DNA of 64,000 nucleotides from positions 64,001-128,000 of the forward strand of contig CBDUKN010000002.1 in NCBI GenBank assembly GCA_965367815.1. The letters run 5' to 3'. Every line of letters starts with the position of its first letter. Position 1 is the first letter of the stretch. The notes under the pieces are model-generated. The model ran no database searches, was not told the DNA's origin, and saw nothing but the letters and a program-made list of their open reading frames with translations. Below are positions 1-9,366 of the stretch, piece after piece. The DNA is from an uncultured Thermoprotei archaeon. GTDB taxonomy: Archaea; Thermoproteota; Thermoprotei; Thermofilales; B15-G2. The translations under genes and the position numbers were made by a program.

Positions 1-55
1 AAAATCGATTAACTTACCTAGTTATTTAGACTACCTTACTTGAGGTGAATAAAGA

Positions 56-67
56 AAGCTTATATAG
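56..67 (+). promoter_or_regulatory. BRE/TATA promoter (AAGCTTATATAG) for the C/D sRNA at 91-140
   Basis: Purine-rich BRE plus TTATATA about 25 nt upstream of the C box; the identical 12-mer recurs at 167-178. Confidence 0.6.
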
Positions 68-87
68 CTAAAAGAGATGAAGGATGT

Positions 88-142
88 CGAGTGATGAGGC
101 ACGAGCTGGCGGATTGATGACGAGAAGGTCGTCAGCCTGACC
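88..142 (+). ncRNA. Box C/D methylation guide sRNA
   Basis: C box GTGATGA 91-97, D' CGGA 110-113, C' TTGATGA 114-120, D CTGA 137-140. The D' guide GGCACGAGCTGG is complementary to the conserved crenarchaeal 16S sequence CGCCAGCUCGUGCC. Confidence 0.85.
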
Positions 143-166
143 TTGGTTTAGATTCGGCATATGATT

Positions 167-178
167 AAGCTTATATAG
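167..178 (+). promoter_or_regulatory. BRE/TATA promoter (AAGCTTATATAG) for speD
   Basis: TTATATA box upstream of the ORF at 227, identical to 56-67. Confidence 0.55.
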
Positions 179-226
179 TATACTCTTTATTATTCACCGT
201 CCCAAAACACCATCCCTGTTGGAGAA

Positions 227-640
227 ATGACGGGGGAAAAGTTTAAGGTGGGATTACGTCTAGGGCGGCACATCGTCATCGAACTAATGGACTGCCCGCC
301 TGAGCTACTTGACAGTATAGAGTTCTTAAAGAAGACACTGCGAGAAGCAGCTATTGCTTCTAACAGTACAGTGATTTCCGACTACTTCTATAAGTTTAAA
401 CCGCAGGGTGTCAGCGGCTTTGTCTTGATAGCAGAGTCCCATATTTCTATTCATACTTGGCCAGAATACGGCTACGCTGCAGTAGACATCTATACTTGCG
501 GCAACGATACAGACCCCTGGAAAGGGCTAGAAGTTTTAACCAAGAGACTAAAGCCTAAGAGGCTTTTAATTTCCGAGATAGAGAGGGGCGTTGATATGCA
601 GAAAATCAAGGTCTGTGAGCCAGTAACAGTGACAGCTTGA
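227..640 (+). CDS. speD: Pyruvoyl-dependent S-adenosylmethionine decarboxylase proenzyme (crenarchaeal paralogs can be arginine decarboxylases)
   Basis: GxH near the N-terminus, F.PQGVSG, self-cleavage motif AESHISIHTWPE, AAVDIYTCG. Confidence 0.9.
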   Translation: MTGEKFKVGLRLGRHIVIELMDCPPELLDSIEFLKKTLREAAIASNSTVISDYFYKFKPQGVSGFVLIAESHISIHTWPEYGYAAVDIYTCGNDTDPWKGLEVLTKRLKPKRLLISEIERGVDMQKIKVCEPVTVTA

Positions 641-824
641 CTACTAGTTTTAATGAATTCTTTACTTTTAAGCAGCTCAGCTGAGATACTCGCCGCTACG
701 CCAATGGCTCTACTTGTATTAGGGCTAAATTCTTCAATAAATATTGCTTTCGAAAAAGACTTTGCTAATTATGGTCTACTCCAGTCGATATTTTAAGTAT
801 TTGATGAAAAAATTGAGAGTTAAT

Positions 825-855
825 TTTATATATTTTTAAGTAATCACCTTAAACG
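825..855 (+). promoter_or_regulatory. Promoter of the BMP substrate-binding gene (copy 1 of a duplicated promoter)
   Basis: TTTATATATTTTTAAGT...ACCTTAAACG, nearly identical to 2146-2176. Confidence 0.6.
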
Positions 856-860
856 AGACC

Positions 861-2108
861 ATGAGCCGTGTAGGTGCTTTAAGAGGCCACATAAAATGTA
901 TAGTCGCAGTAATAGTAGTAGCTCTTCTCTGTACTGCTGTAACCTGGTTCTACTTAGAGCAGAAGTACTCAGCGCTTTTGGCTGAAGAAAAAGCCCCGTA
1001 TAAAGCCAAGAAAATTAAGGCAGCATGGATTTTCATCGGCCCTGTAGAAGATTATGGCTGGACTTACGGCCATTATAGAGGAATGGTTTACATGAATAAG
1101 ACTTTTGACTGGCTTGAAGTAACTTACGTTGAGGCAGTTAAGGAGGCAGACTGCCTGAAGGTAATAGATAGACTCGTTTCAGAGGGCTATCAAGTAATAT
1201 TTACTACAAGCTTCGGCTACATGGATCCTACACTAGAGGCTGCTAAAAAGTATCCGAACGTGATCTTCTTCCACTGCTCTGGCTACAAGAGATACAAAAA
1301 CATGGGTACATACTTCGCCGACCTATATCAAGTATACTACTTAAACGGCCTGATAGCAGGCGCACTCACTAAGACAAACAAGATAGGCTATGTAGCTGCA
1401 CACTTAATACCGGAGGTCATTAGACACATCAATGCCTTCGCAATAGGAGTACATGAAGTAAACCCCAACGCTACTGTATATGTAATAGAAATAGGAGCTT
1501 GGTACGATCCGCCTAAAGCAAGAGAAGCCGCTAAGACTCTAATAGACGTTATTGGATGCGATGTACTGGCATTTACAGAAGACTCTCCTACAGTAGTTTC
1601 TCTGTGCGAAGAATACTATAAGGCAGGAAAACCAGTATATGTTTTCGGACACTACAGCCCTATGCTCAAGTATGGTCCTGATGTATGTGTCAGCGGCCAG
1701 CTTGTTCACTGGGAAGTAATATACCAGGACATTCTAATGAAGATCTACCTAGGAATTTATAACACAACTAACTTACAGAACGTTGACTACTGGTGGCTTC
1801 TAAAAGAAGGAGCTGTTGAGCTGGGCTGCGACTTCGGCATACCTATTAATCCTAAGTTCAAGAGTATTCTCAAGTCAAAGTATGTTGAAGACCCTATACT
1901 AGGCAAGATAAGCGTATATGACCTTGTATTCAAAAGGCTTGCACAAATGAAGGAAGAAGTGCCTACATTTGATCCATTTACAGGCCCATTGTACGACAAT
2001 CAAGGTAATTTAAGAGTAAAACCTGGCGAGAGGCTAGGCCATGATCCTCTCTGGAACATGAACTGGTTCGTTAAAAATGTAGTCGTCTGGAAGACCAGCG
2101 GCAGCTAA
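861..2108 (+). CDS. BMP-family ABC transporter substrate-binding protein (nucleoside/purine)
   Basis: N-terminal TM anchor; GPVEDYGWT, IFTTSFGYMD, FFHCSG, IPEVIRHINAFAIG and WYDP motifs. Confidence 0.9.
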   Translation: MSRVGALRGHIKCIVAVIVVALLCTAVTWFYLEQKYSALLAEEKAPYKAKKIKAAWIFIGPVEDYGWTYGHYRGMVYMNKTFDWLEVTYVEAVKEADCLKVIDRLVSEGYQVIFTTSFGYMDPTLEAAKKYPNVIFFHCSGYKRYKNMGTYFADLYQVYYLNGLIAGALTKTNKIGYVAAHLIPEVIRHINAFAIGVHEVNPNATVYVIEIGAWYDPPKAREAAKTLIDVIGCDVLAFTEDSPTVVSLCEEYYKAGKPVYVFGHYSPMLKYGPDVCVSGQLVHWEVIYQDILMKIYLGIYNTTNLQNVDYWWLLKEGAVELGCDFGIPINPKFKSILKSKYVEDPILGKISVYDLVFKRLAQMKEEVPTFDPFTGPLYDNQGNLRVKPGERLGHDPLWNMNWFVKNVVVWKTSGS

Positions 2109-2145
2109 CATTTTAAGTAATTACATAAATTTTTTGAGGAATAAG

Positions 2146-2176
2146 TTTATATATTTTTAAGTTTTTACCTAAAACG
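2146..2176 (+). promoter_or_regulatory. Internal promoter of the ABC ATPase/permease genes (copy 2), leading directly to a leaderless GTG
   Basis: TTTATATATTTTTAAGT identical to 825-841. Confidence 0.55.
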
Positions 2177-3684
2177 TGGATAAGTCTTATGCTGTCTTAA
2201 TGAAGGATATTACTAAGAAGTTCTCTACTGTATTGGCTAACTACAAGATAGATTTTGATTTAAAGAAAGGTGAAATTCACGCTCTCTTAGGCGAGAACGG
2301 AGCCGGCAAAACTACGTTGATGCGAATTCTCTACGGCGAACTACAGCCCGACGAGGGAGAGATCTATGTGTGGGGCCAGAAGGTTTCTTTGAGGTCTCCT
2401 AAAGATGCACTGAATCTTGGAATAAGTATGGTTCACCAGCACTTCAAGCTTGTTGACTCACTTACTGTAGCCGAGCACTTAGCGCTGTGTACTAACAGCA
2501 CTATGGTTTTCAGCAAGAGGAAAGTAGAGAGTTTAGCCAGCGAAGTTATTGAAAAGTTTTCTCTTAAAGTAGATTTAGACGCTTATATATGGCAGCTTTC
2601 GGCAGGTGAAAAACAGCGAGTAGAAATCATTAAGGCTTTAGTAAGAGGAGCGAAGATACTTATACTCGATGAGCCTACTTCTTCGCTTTCTCCAATTGAA
2701 GTAAGGGAGCTTTTCTCAATTCTGCGCAAACTTAGGGATAGAGGGTACGCTATAGTCTTTATATCACATAAGTTAAAGGAAGTACTGGAGATAAGTGATA
2801 GAATTACTGTTTTAAGAAAGGGACGAAAAGTAGCTACATTGAGTACCAGAGAAGCCGATGTACATACTTTAGCTAAGCTTATGATCGGAGACTCTTCTGT
2901 TCTGTCTAATGGAAAACGTGTTTTAGAAGAAAACTGCGGCGAAGAGCTACTTAAAGTAGAGAACCTCTATGTGGAGAACGATAGGGGCTGGCTCGCAGTT
3001 AGAGGAGTGAATTTTGCTGTGAAGAGAGGAGAAATCTTCGGAGTAGTAGGTGTAGCGGGTAACGGGCAGAAAGAGCTAGCTGAAAGTATTGCTGGACTCA
3101 GAAAACCTCTGAAAGGCGAAATATTCTTTAAGGGCGTTAGAGTAACTGAGGCTTCGCCGCGTATTTTAGCTAAAATGGGGCTAGCGTATATTCCTGAGGA
3201 AAGCGCTAGATCGGCTGTTGTACCTGAGCTTACTTTAGCCGAGAACTCTATTTTAAGATATTACTGGAGGTTCTCTGAGAAGGGAGTAATAAGGTTCCGT
3301 AAAGTAGAGAAGTGGGCTCGCAACTTGATAGAGGAATACGACATTAAGGCGCCGGGAGTTTTTGTGCCAGCTAAAGTTCTTTCAGGAGGTAACTTACAGA
3401 AACTAGTTATCGCGAGGGAACTTTCAGTGAAACCTGAACTAGTGGTCGCTGTTAACCCAACATCAGGGCTAGATATTTCTGCTTCAAGTAGAGTTAAAGA
3501 AAAGCTTCGTAGAGAGAAGAAGAGAGGGGCCGGAATACTTCTGTTCACAGAGGACCTCGATGAAGCTCTGGAACTATGCGATAGGATAGCTGTGATGTAT
3601 AAGGGGCGTTTTGCAGGCGTATTTACTTCAAGTGAAGCGGACTTCGAGACACTCGGCTTACTCATGGCCGGTGTAAAGCCATGA
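2176..3684 (+). CDS. Nucleoside/sugar (CUT2) ABC transporter ATP-binding protein with two NBDs
   Basis: GENGAGKTT, LSAGEKQRVE, ILILDEPT; second domain GVAGNGQ and LSGGNLQK. Confidence 0.92.
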   Translation: MDKSYAVLMKDITKKFSTVLANYKIDFDLKKGEIHALLGENGAGKTTLMRILYGELQPDEGEIYVWGQKVSLRSPKDALNLGISMVHQHFKLVDSLTVAEHLALCTNSTMVFSKRKVESLASEVIEKFSLKVDLDAYIWQLSAGEKQRVEIIKALVRGAKILILDEPTSSLSPIEVRELFSILRKLRDRGYAIVFISHKLKEVLEISDRITVLRKGRKVATLSTREADVHTLAKLMIGDSSVLSNGKRVLEENCGEELLKVENLYVENDRGWLAVRGVNFAVKRGEIFGVVGVAGNGQKELAESIAGLRKPLKGEIFFKGVRVTEASPRILAKMGLAYIPEESARSAVVPELTLAENSILRYYWRFSEKGVIRFRKVEKWARNLIEEYDIKAPGVFVPAKVLSGGNLQKLVIARELSVKPELVVAVNPTSGLDISASSRVKEKLRREKKRGAGILLFTEDLDEALELCDRIAVMYKGRFAGVFTSSEADFETLGLLMAGVKP

Positions 3685-4754
3685 GGCTTAAAATAGAGAA
3701 GCGCGAAGAAGTAAGCGAACTTGTTTTACTTGAAGCATCCTTCCTGTCTATTCTTTTAGCACTAGGCATAGCTAGCTTAATCATGCCTCTCTTCGGGGTA
3801 AATCCGCTTAAAGCATACCATGAGATTTTCGTGAAAACTTTGACGAGTAAGTACGGAGTAGAACACACAGTACTGAAAGCCATTCCCCTACTTCTATGTA
3901 GCTTAGGGCTTATTGTCTGCTTTAGGGCAAGTATATGGAATATAGGCGCCGAAGGACAGCTGTTACTCGGCGCTGTAGCTGCCACAGGAATAGCTCTCTA
4001 CGCAATGCCTAATGCCCCAGGCTGGATTCTAGTACCAGTAATGTTTATAGCAGGAGCTATCGCGGGAGCTTTCTGGGCCCTTATTCCAGGGCTTCTTAAA
4101 GTAAAAATGAATGTCAATGAAATAATCACAACACTTATGCTAAACTATGTTGCCGCGAAAATAGTTGAGTATCTAGTATATGGTCCCTGGAAGAGCCCTC
4201 AGGAATGGGGATTTCCTTTAACAGACATGATACCTGATCAAGCTAGACTTACGCCTATTCCGGGGACTCCTATACATGCACCAACACTGTTTCTAGCACT
4301 TTCTCTAGTAGCTTTAATGCACTTCATGTTGACTAAAACGAGCATAGGCTTTGAGCTCAAAGTGTATGGTTTTAGCGAGAAAGTAGCATTATATGCGACA
4401 GTCAGCAGAGCTAGAATAGTCTTAGTGGCAATAGCTATCAGCGGAGCTCTCGCAGGGCTGGCTGGAGTAGGAGAAATAGCTGGTGTCCACTATAGACTGA
4501 GGCTTCCCGCATCTATTTCAGGCGGATACGGGTATACTGCAATAATCGTGGCTTGGCTTGCTCGACTCAATCCCGTGGCGTGTATACTCTTCTCTATTCT
4601 GCTGGCAATACTGGCTGTGGGAGGAGACGCTATACAGATATCGCTTAAGCTCCCTGGAGGAACAATAAACTTATTCAACGGCCTTATTTTATTCACTTTA
4701 GTTATCTTAGATTTCTTCATAAAGTACCGAGTAAAGGTGGTTAAAAATGCATGA
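3681..4754 (+). CDS. Nucleoside ABC transporter permease
   Basis: WNIGAEGQ, NEIITTLMLNY, GYGYTAIIVAWLA; ATGA overlap with the ATPase. Confidence 0.9.
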   Translation: MRLKIEKREEVSELVLLEASFLSILLALGIASLIMPLFGVNPLKAYHEIFVKTLTSKYGVEHTVLKAIPLLLCSLGLIVCFRASIWNIGAEGQLLLGAVAATGIALYAMPNAPGWILVPVMFIAGAIAGAFWALIPGLLKVKMNVNEIITTLMLNYVAAKIVEYLVYGPWKSPQEWGFPLTDMIPDQARLTPIPGTPIHAPTLFLALSLVALMHFMLTKTSIGFELKVYGFSEKVALYATVSRARIVLVAIAISGALAGLAGVGEIAGVHYRLRLPASISGGYGYTAIIVAWLARLNPVACILFSILLAILAVGGDAIQISLKLPGGTINLFNGLILFTLVILDFFIKYRVKVVKNA

Positions 4755-5661
4755 ATTCGAGCTCTTTCTACATGAAGCTGTAGCCGCTGGAACAGTTCTC
4801 CTCTACGCTACTTTAGGGGAAATCTTAGCTGAGAGATCTGGTGTAATAAACCTAGGTATAGAAGGCATAATGCTCCTAGGCGCTGTATCTGCTTTCGCCG
4901 TAAGCATAGCTACTGGCTCAGTTCCTTTAAGCGTATTAGTAGCTTTTGCTCTAGGCTGCTTAATAGGAATTATTCACGGAGTAGCCTGTATCAGCCTTAG
5001 AGGAAATCAGATAGTAAGCGGGCTAGCTCTAGCAATGTTCTGTGCAGGCGTCAGCAGCATTATAGGCAAAAACTATGTAGGAATACCTCCTAAAGTAGTT
5101 TTAGCTCCTATTGAAATACCTTTGCTCTCAAAAATACCTATCATAGGTTATAGCTTCTTTAATCAAAATCCGCTAGTCTACGTAGCCTACGTTACTTCAG
5201 TTCTCCTATGGCTTCTCCTCTTTAAAACTAAAGTAGGCATCGCGATAAGAGCTTGCGGAGACAACCCGAGTGCGGCTGAAGCAATGGGAATAAACGTGCA
5301 CCTATACAGGTACTTCTGCACAGTGTTGGGAGCAGGACTTGCAGCAGTAGGCGGAGCATACTTGACCCTAGCATATACTCCCTTCTGGGTTGAAGGAATT
5401 ACTGCTGGAAGAGGATGGATAGCGCTAGCTCTGGTAATACTCTCCACATGGAACCCTATTAGAGCTCTTCTAGCGTGCTACTTCTTCGGCTTCTGTGAAA
5501 TCTCCCAATATTGGCTTCAGACAATAGGACTTAACCCCTACTTGCTCGGCACTATACCATACATAGCTACAATACTGCTGATAACAGTTATTCACGTAGA
5601 AAAGCTTAGAAAAATAATAGGTGCTCCAAGTGCTCTCGGAAAACCTTATCCTGAAGATTAA
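4747..5661 (+). CDS. Nucleoside ABC transporter permease
   Basis: ERSGVINLGIEG, AGRGWIALA, PSALGKPY. Confidence 0.9.
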   Translation: MHEFELFLHEAVAAGTVLLYATLGEILAERSGVINLGIEGIMLLGAVSAFAVSIATGSVPLSVLVAFALGCLIGIIHGVACISLRGNQIVSGLALAMFCAGVSSIIGKNYVGIPPKVVLAPIEIPLLSKIPIIGYSFFNQNPLVYVAYVTSVLLWLLLFKTKVGIAIRACGDNPSAAEAMGINVHLYRYFCTVLGAGLAAVGGAYLTLAYTPFWVEGITAGRGWIALALVILSTWNPIRALLACYFFGFCEISQYWLQTIGLNPYLLGTIPYIATILLITVIHVEKLRKIIGAPSALGKPYPED

Positions 5662-5662
5662 A

Positions 5663-6244
5663 CTAAGCTCTCTCTGCCCAAAGATTCTTTAAAATAAGTT
5701 GCCAAAAAATACTACTCTCAATAACACCTACTCCGAGTTTCTCCGCCCACTTAATGACTCCTTTATCATTACTGACTACTACTCCTCCCAGCTCTTTAGC
5801 CAAAAGTAGTACGTCTAAATCCTCTATAGAGTCTATGATACCCTCTCTTAAAGCCTCGCGGTATTTTTCCCTAAGCTTCCTTATCTTTATCTCTTCGGGC
5901 TCTGTGCTTCTAGCAGCTTCTTCAGCTACTCTTAGCCCCTTGTTTATTCTCGCCCGCATTTCCTCTATATACTCGTAGAAAAGCCGTGCAGGCACAGTAA
6001 GCTCGAATCTACTGGGAGACTTAAATAATACAATAGCTCTGAGCAGAGTGAGCTTACTCTCATCAATGTATTTGAGCAACTCTTTAGCCGTAGACACAGG
6101 CATATAGAACTCTAAGTTTAGGTTGCTCGCCGCCTCAAGGAACATTTTCACTGCATCTGAAGTAGAGTACAGCTTTTCTCCTATAACTGGGTTAACGAAA
6201 AAACTTGTATCAAGTACTACTCTTTTAAGACTTCGCGGAAGCAC
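5663..6244 (-). CDS. HARP, protein-only RNase P (Aquifex aq_880 homolog; PIN_5, 'RNA ligase partner')
   Basis: VLDTS.F.NP, FYMP, KSPSR, R.RINKGLRVAE, LREKYREALREG.IDS.ED.D, SND.G...WA..LG. Confidence 0.9.
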   Translation of the reverse strand: MLPRSLKRVVLDTSFFVNPVIGEKLYSTSDAVKMFLEAASNLNLEFYMPVSTAKELLKYIDESKLTLLRAIVLFKSPSRFELTVPARLFYEYIEEMRARINKGLRVAEEAARSTEPEEIKIRKLREKYREALREGIIDSIEDLDVLLLAKELGGVVVSNDKGVIKWAEKLGVGVIESSIFWQLILKNLWAERA

Positions 6245-6656
6245 TAAAGACTCCCCTAGATGTAACGAACTCCACAGTTAAGCTTTTTTCTTTCTCGATC
6301 TTAGAGCTCTTAATCTCGATTAAGCATTTGCTTTTAGGCGGAATTTCAAGCGATGTTATTTTTTTAGTTAAGAAAATTATCTGCTTATCGTTTATTATAA
6401 CGAGTATACCGTACCTAGTATTCCAGTATCCTCCGCTCTTCCAGACAGTGATTCCGTTGACTTTAATTTCGTTTATAGTTATTTTCATTGAATCTAAGTT
6501 AGCTAAGACAATAGATATTTTTGTGGGGTGCTCTCTGTAAACGGACTCTATCCTTAAGTTTTGGGGTCCCGCCAAAAGTATGTTAGCTACTACAAGATAA
6601 ATAACTATAGAGACCCCAACAGCAGCCAATGCTTTTAGTAAAAGACTTCGCTTCAC
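6225..6656 (-). CDS. Hypothetical membrane-anchored beta-rich protein, pilin-like
   Basis: N-terminal hydrophobic helix; N.D...ITI..I.VNG and C-terminal VEFVTSRG resemble the pilin ORFs at 62.5-64 kb. Confidence 0.55.
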   Translation of the reverse strand: MKRSLLLKALAAVGVSIVIYLVVANILLAGPQNLRIESVYREHPTKISIVLANLDSMKITINEIKVNGITVWKSGGYWNTRYGILVIINDKQIIFLTKKITSLEIPPKSKCLIEIKSSKIEKEKSLTVEFVTSRGVFSASAKS

Positions 6657-6738
6657 ATAGATATAAAGGCTTCAGAAGTTTAAAATTCTTTCCATATTTA
6701 TCGGCAACTTTTAATACTAATTAAGAAGTAAATCACTT

Positions 6739-7794
6739 GTGAAAGAAGCTAGATATTATCGAGTACTCAAGAACAAGCTTGTTCAGTGTACTATTTGCCC
6801 TAGGAAATGTGTAATTAAGCCAAGTGAAGCTGGTTTCTGTAGAACTAGAGTAAATATGGACGGTAAACTCTACTCACTTGTCTATGGTGTAGTCTCCTCC
6901 ATAGCAATAGACCCTGTAGAGAAAAAACCTCTCTTCCACTTTTATCCAGGGAGCCCTACACTCAGCATAAGTACTGTTGGATGCACATTCCGCTGCCCAT
7001 GGTGCCAAAACTGGCATATATCGCAGGCAGATGCAACTAAAGAAGACCTGTCGATATACGACAACTACGGTCCAGAAGACATCATAGAGTATGCGCGCAG
7101 AACACAGTGTCCCTCAATCTCAATAACATACAACGAGCCTATAGTTTGGCTAGAGTACTCCATCGATGTAGCGAAACTAGCCAAAGAAAACAATATCATG
7201 ACAATATTCGTTACAAACGGCTACGCTTCAGACGAAGTCTTAGACGAAATAGCCAGTAACATACACGCAGCAAATGTCGACATAAAGTGCTTTAAAGAAG
7301 AGACCTATAGGAAATACATTAAAGGAGACTTAAAGCCAGTACTTGAGTTCACCGAATATATGAAGAAAAAGGGTGTTCACATAGAAACAACCTACTTGAT
7401 AATTCCTGGACTCAACGACAGCAACGAAGAGATAAGGCAGTACTGCAAATGGCACTACGAGCACCTAGGCCCCGAAACACCATTACACTTCAGCAGATTC
7501 TACCCACAATACAAGTACACTGAAGCACCTCCTACTCCCACAGAAACACTAGAAAGAGCCTGGAAAATAGCTAAAGAAGAAGGACTTTACTACGTCTACT
7601 TAGGCAACGTACCAGGACACAGCTACGAAAACACCTACTGCCCAGAATGCGGAAAAGAAGTAATCGGAAGATACGGCTTCTACATAACTAAATGGAATCT
7701 GGACGAACAAAATAGATGCAAGTTCTGTGGAGCAAAAATACATATTGCAGGAGAAAAGTGGAAAGAAACACCACGATACTGGTGGTTCCTTTAA
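6739..7794 (+). CDS. amrS: AmmeMemoRadiSam system radical SAM enzyme
   Basis: N-terminal CTICPRKC, DPVEKKPLFHF, CxxxCxxC (CTFRCPWC)QN, TYNEP, C-terminal CPECG/CKFCG. Confidence 0.9.
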   Translation: MKEARYYRVLKNKLVQCTICPRKCVIKPSEAGFCRTRVNMDGKLYSLVYGVVSSIAIDPVEKKPLFHFYPGSPTLSISTVGCTFRCPWCQNWHISQADATKEDLSIYDNYGPEDIIEYARRTQCPSISITYNEPIVWLEYSIDVAKLAKENNIMTIFVTNGYASDEVLDEIASNIHAANVDIKCFKEETYRKYIKGDLKPVLEFTEYMKKKGVHIETTYLIIPGLNDSNEEIRQYCKWHYEHLGPETPLHFSRFYPQYKYTEAPPTPTETLERAWKIAKEEGLYYVYLGNVPGHSYENTYCPECGKEVIGRYGFYITKWNLDEQNRCKFCGAKIHIAGEKWKETPRYWWFL

Positions 7795-7917
7795 ATTCGG
7801 CCAATCCTATGCAAAATAAAATAATGTCTCACCATGTCTGCTCTATCACTTTAGTATACCTGACTACTTAACGACCATGAAAATAGAAGTAATTAACTAA
7901 ACATATAGAGTTCGATG

Positions 7918-7972
7918 AGATCAGTTTCCTGGAATCTCTTCATCAATCATAGGCCCATCAGGTCATCATCTA
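7918..7972 (-). ncRNA. Box C/D methylation guide sRNA
   Basis: Minus strand: C ATGATGA (7969-7963), guide CCTGATGGGCCT, D' ATGA, C' TTGATGA, guide AGAGATTCCAGGAAA, D CTGA (7924-7921). The D' guide matches crenarchaeal 16S GGCCCAUCAGG. Confidence 0.8.
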
Positions 7973-8002
7973 AGCAGCTTATTTCCCGCGAGGAAATATA
8001 TT

Positions 8003-9355
8003 TTGCTTTTTGAGTATACTTTAAGAGAAGTGATTAAGCTTGTTGTTAGAGCTAAAAAGGATGCTGATGCTTTGAAGGCGTGTTTGTCTAGGTTTTATGG
8101 AGACTGGAGTATTCCTGTATATACGCTTAAGGGGGTTCGTTCAGCTGACAAAGTTTTAGATCGTCTTAGCGAGATACTTGACGAAGAGTCTTTTATAATA
8201 GTTCTTTTGGGCAGAGAGGAGGAGTACCTTAAGAGTATTGAGGAGAATCTTCCTTTGAATGTAGTGGTTCATGTTTTGCCTAAAGCTAGGGTGAGGAATA
8301 CTAGGATTATTCAGATAGCCCGTGAAATAGAGAGGGCTAAAAGTGTTTTGAGGACATCTGTTTTCTGGGTCAATGCGTATGTTTTCTACCATAGAGTCCG
8401 TGGAGGTGTGAAGCTTAGTATAGAAAATGAGCCTGCTTACGACTTGTTTCTAGGCCTCGGTGAGAGATTTCTCGATAACTTGGAGAAAGTTCTTGGAGAA
8501 AAAATTCCCCCCATTCCTCTTTTAGTTAGGAAATTTGGAGGCGAACACTATGTTTTTTCGGGCCCAAGGCTTGTAGGTTACTTAAAAATACCTGATTTAG
8601 GGGTACCTTCAGGAGAGATTTTGTCTACTGATTTCTACGAAGTAGGTGTCGATGATTTACTGAAATCTAATGATATGTACTTAAAGCTTTTTGAGAAAAT
8701 AGCGCTTGCTCTGCTTAAGAGGCTGTCTGGATTTGATGATATAATTGTTCCGTGGAGCGCCGGGAAAGACTCTACTGCTGCTCTTTTTTTAGCGGTAAAA
8801 GCGTATGGCGTTAAGAGAATTACGGCTGTTTACGTTGATACAGGAGTAGACTTTCCCTGTAATTTAGAGTATGTGGAGAAAATGTCTAAGAGGCTTGGAG
8901 TTAGACTAGAGGTAACTGAAGCGAACATAGACAAGGCTTTGGAAGAAAAGGGGTTGCCCACAAACGAGAATAGGTGGTGTACTAAAATGAAGATAAAGGC
9001 TCTTTATAAAAAAATAAGAGAAATTTCTCGAGGTAAAACACTGATAGTAGTGGGAGATAGAGATGCTGAAAGTGAACTCAGGTCGAAGAGACCTTTTGTT
9101 AGAATTCATAAAGAATTCACGCAGGTGGCTCCTCTTAAGTTGTGGAGCGGAAGCCATGTTCAGCTATATTTGCTGAAGAACAACATTCCCTTAAATCCGC
9201 TTTACTTAGAGGGATTTTATCGCCTTGGATGCTTTATTTGCCCAGCTCTCCGCTCATGGGAAATAATGGTTCTTAAAAATAACTTGAAGCTTATTCCTCA
9301 AAGCCAGCTAGATTTATTTAACTCCTTCTTAAAGCATAGAGAAGAGCCCACATAA
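8003..9355 (+). CDS. PAPS/APS reductase-family (PP-loop) protein with N-terminal extension; true start probably GTG near 8030
   Basis: PWSAGKDS PP-loop, YVDTG, NRWCT, GDRDAES, YRLGCFICP. Confidence 0.8.
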   Translation: MLFEYTLREVIKLVVRAKKDADALKACLSRFYGDWSIPVYTLKGVRSADKVLDRLSEILDEESFIIVLLGREEEYLKSIEENLPLNVVVHVLPKARVRNTRIIQIAREIERAKSVLRTSVFWVNAYVFYHRVRGGVKLSIENEPAYDLFLGLGERFLDNLEKVLGEKIPPIPLLVRKFGGEHYVFSGPRLVGYLKIPDLGVPSGEILSTDFYEVGVDDLLKSNDMYLKLFEKIALALLKRLSGFDDIIVPWSAGKDSTAALFLAVKAYGVKRITAVYVDTGVDFPCNLEYVEKMSKRLGVRLEVTEANIDKALEEKGLPTNENRWCTKMKIKALYKKIREISRGKTLIVVGDRDAESELRSKRPFVRIHKEFTQVAPLKLWSGSHVQLYLLKNNIPLNPLYLEGFYRLGCFICPALRSWEIMVLKNNLKLIPQSQLDLFNSFLKHREEPT

Positions 9356-9366
9356 GGTAGGTCTAT

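Noticed and set aside
1-43. Possible 3' end of an upstream gene (KSINLPSYLDYLT*)
   Set aside because: Too short to support any call
641-800. Short ORF (653-796, +) and a minus-strand frame with a vaguely PIN-like segment (AASISAELLK)
   Set aside because: No start context or catalytic motifs; cannot be distinguished from noise
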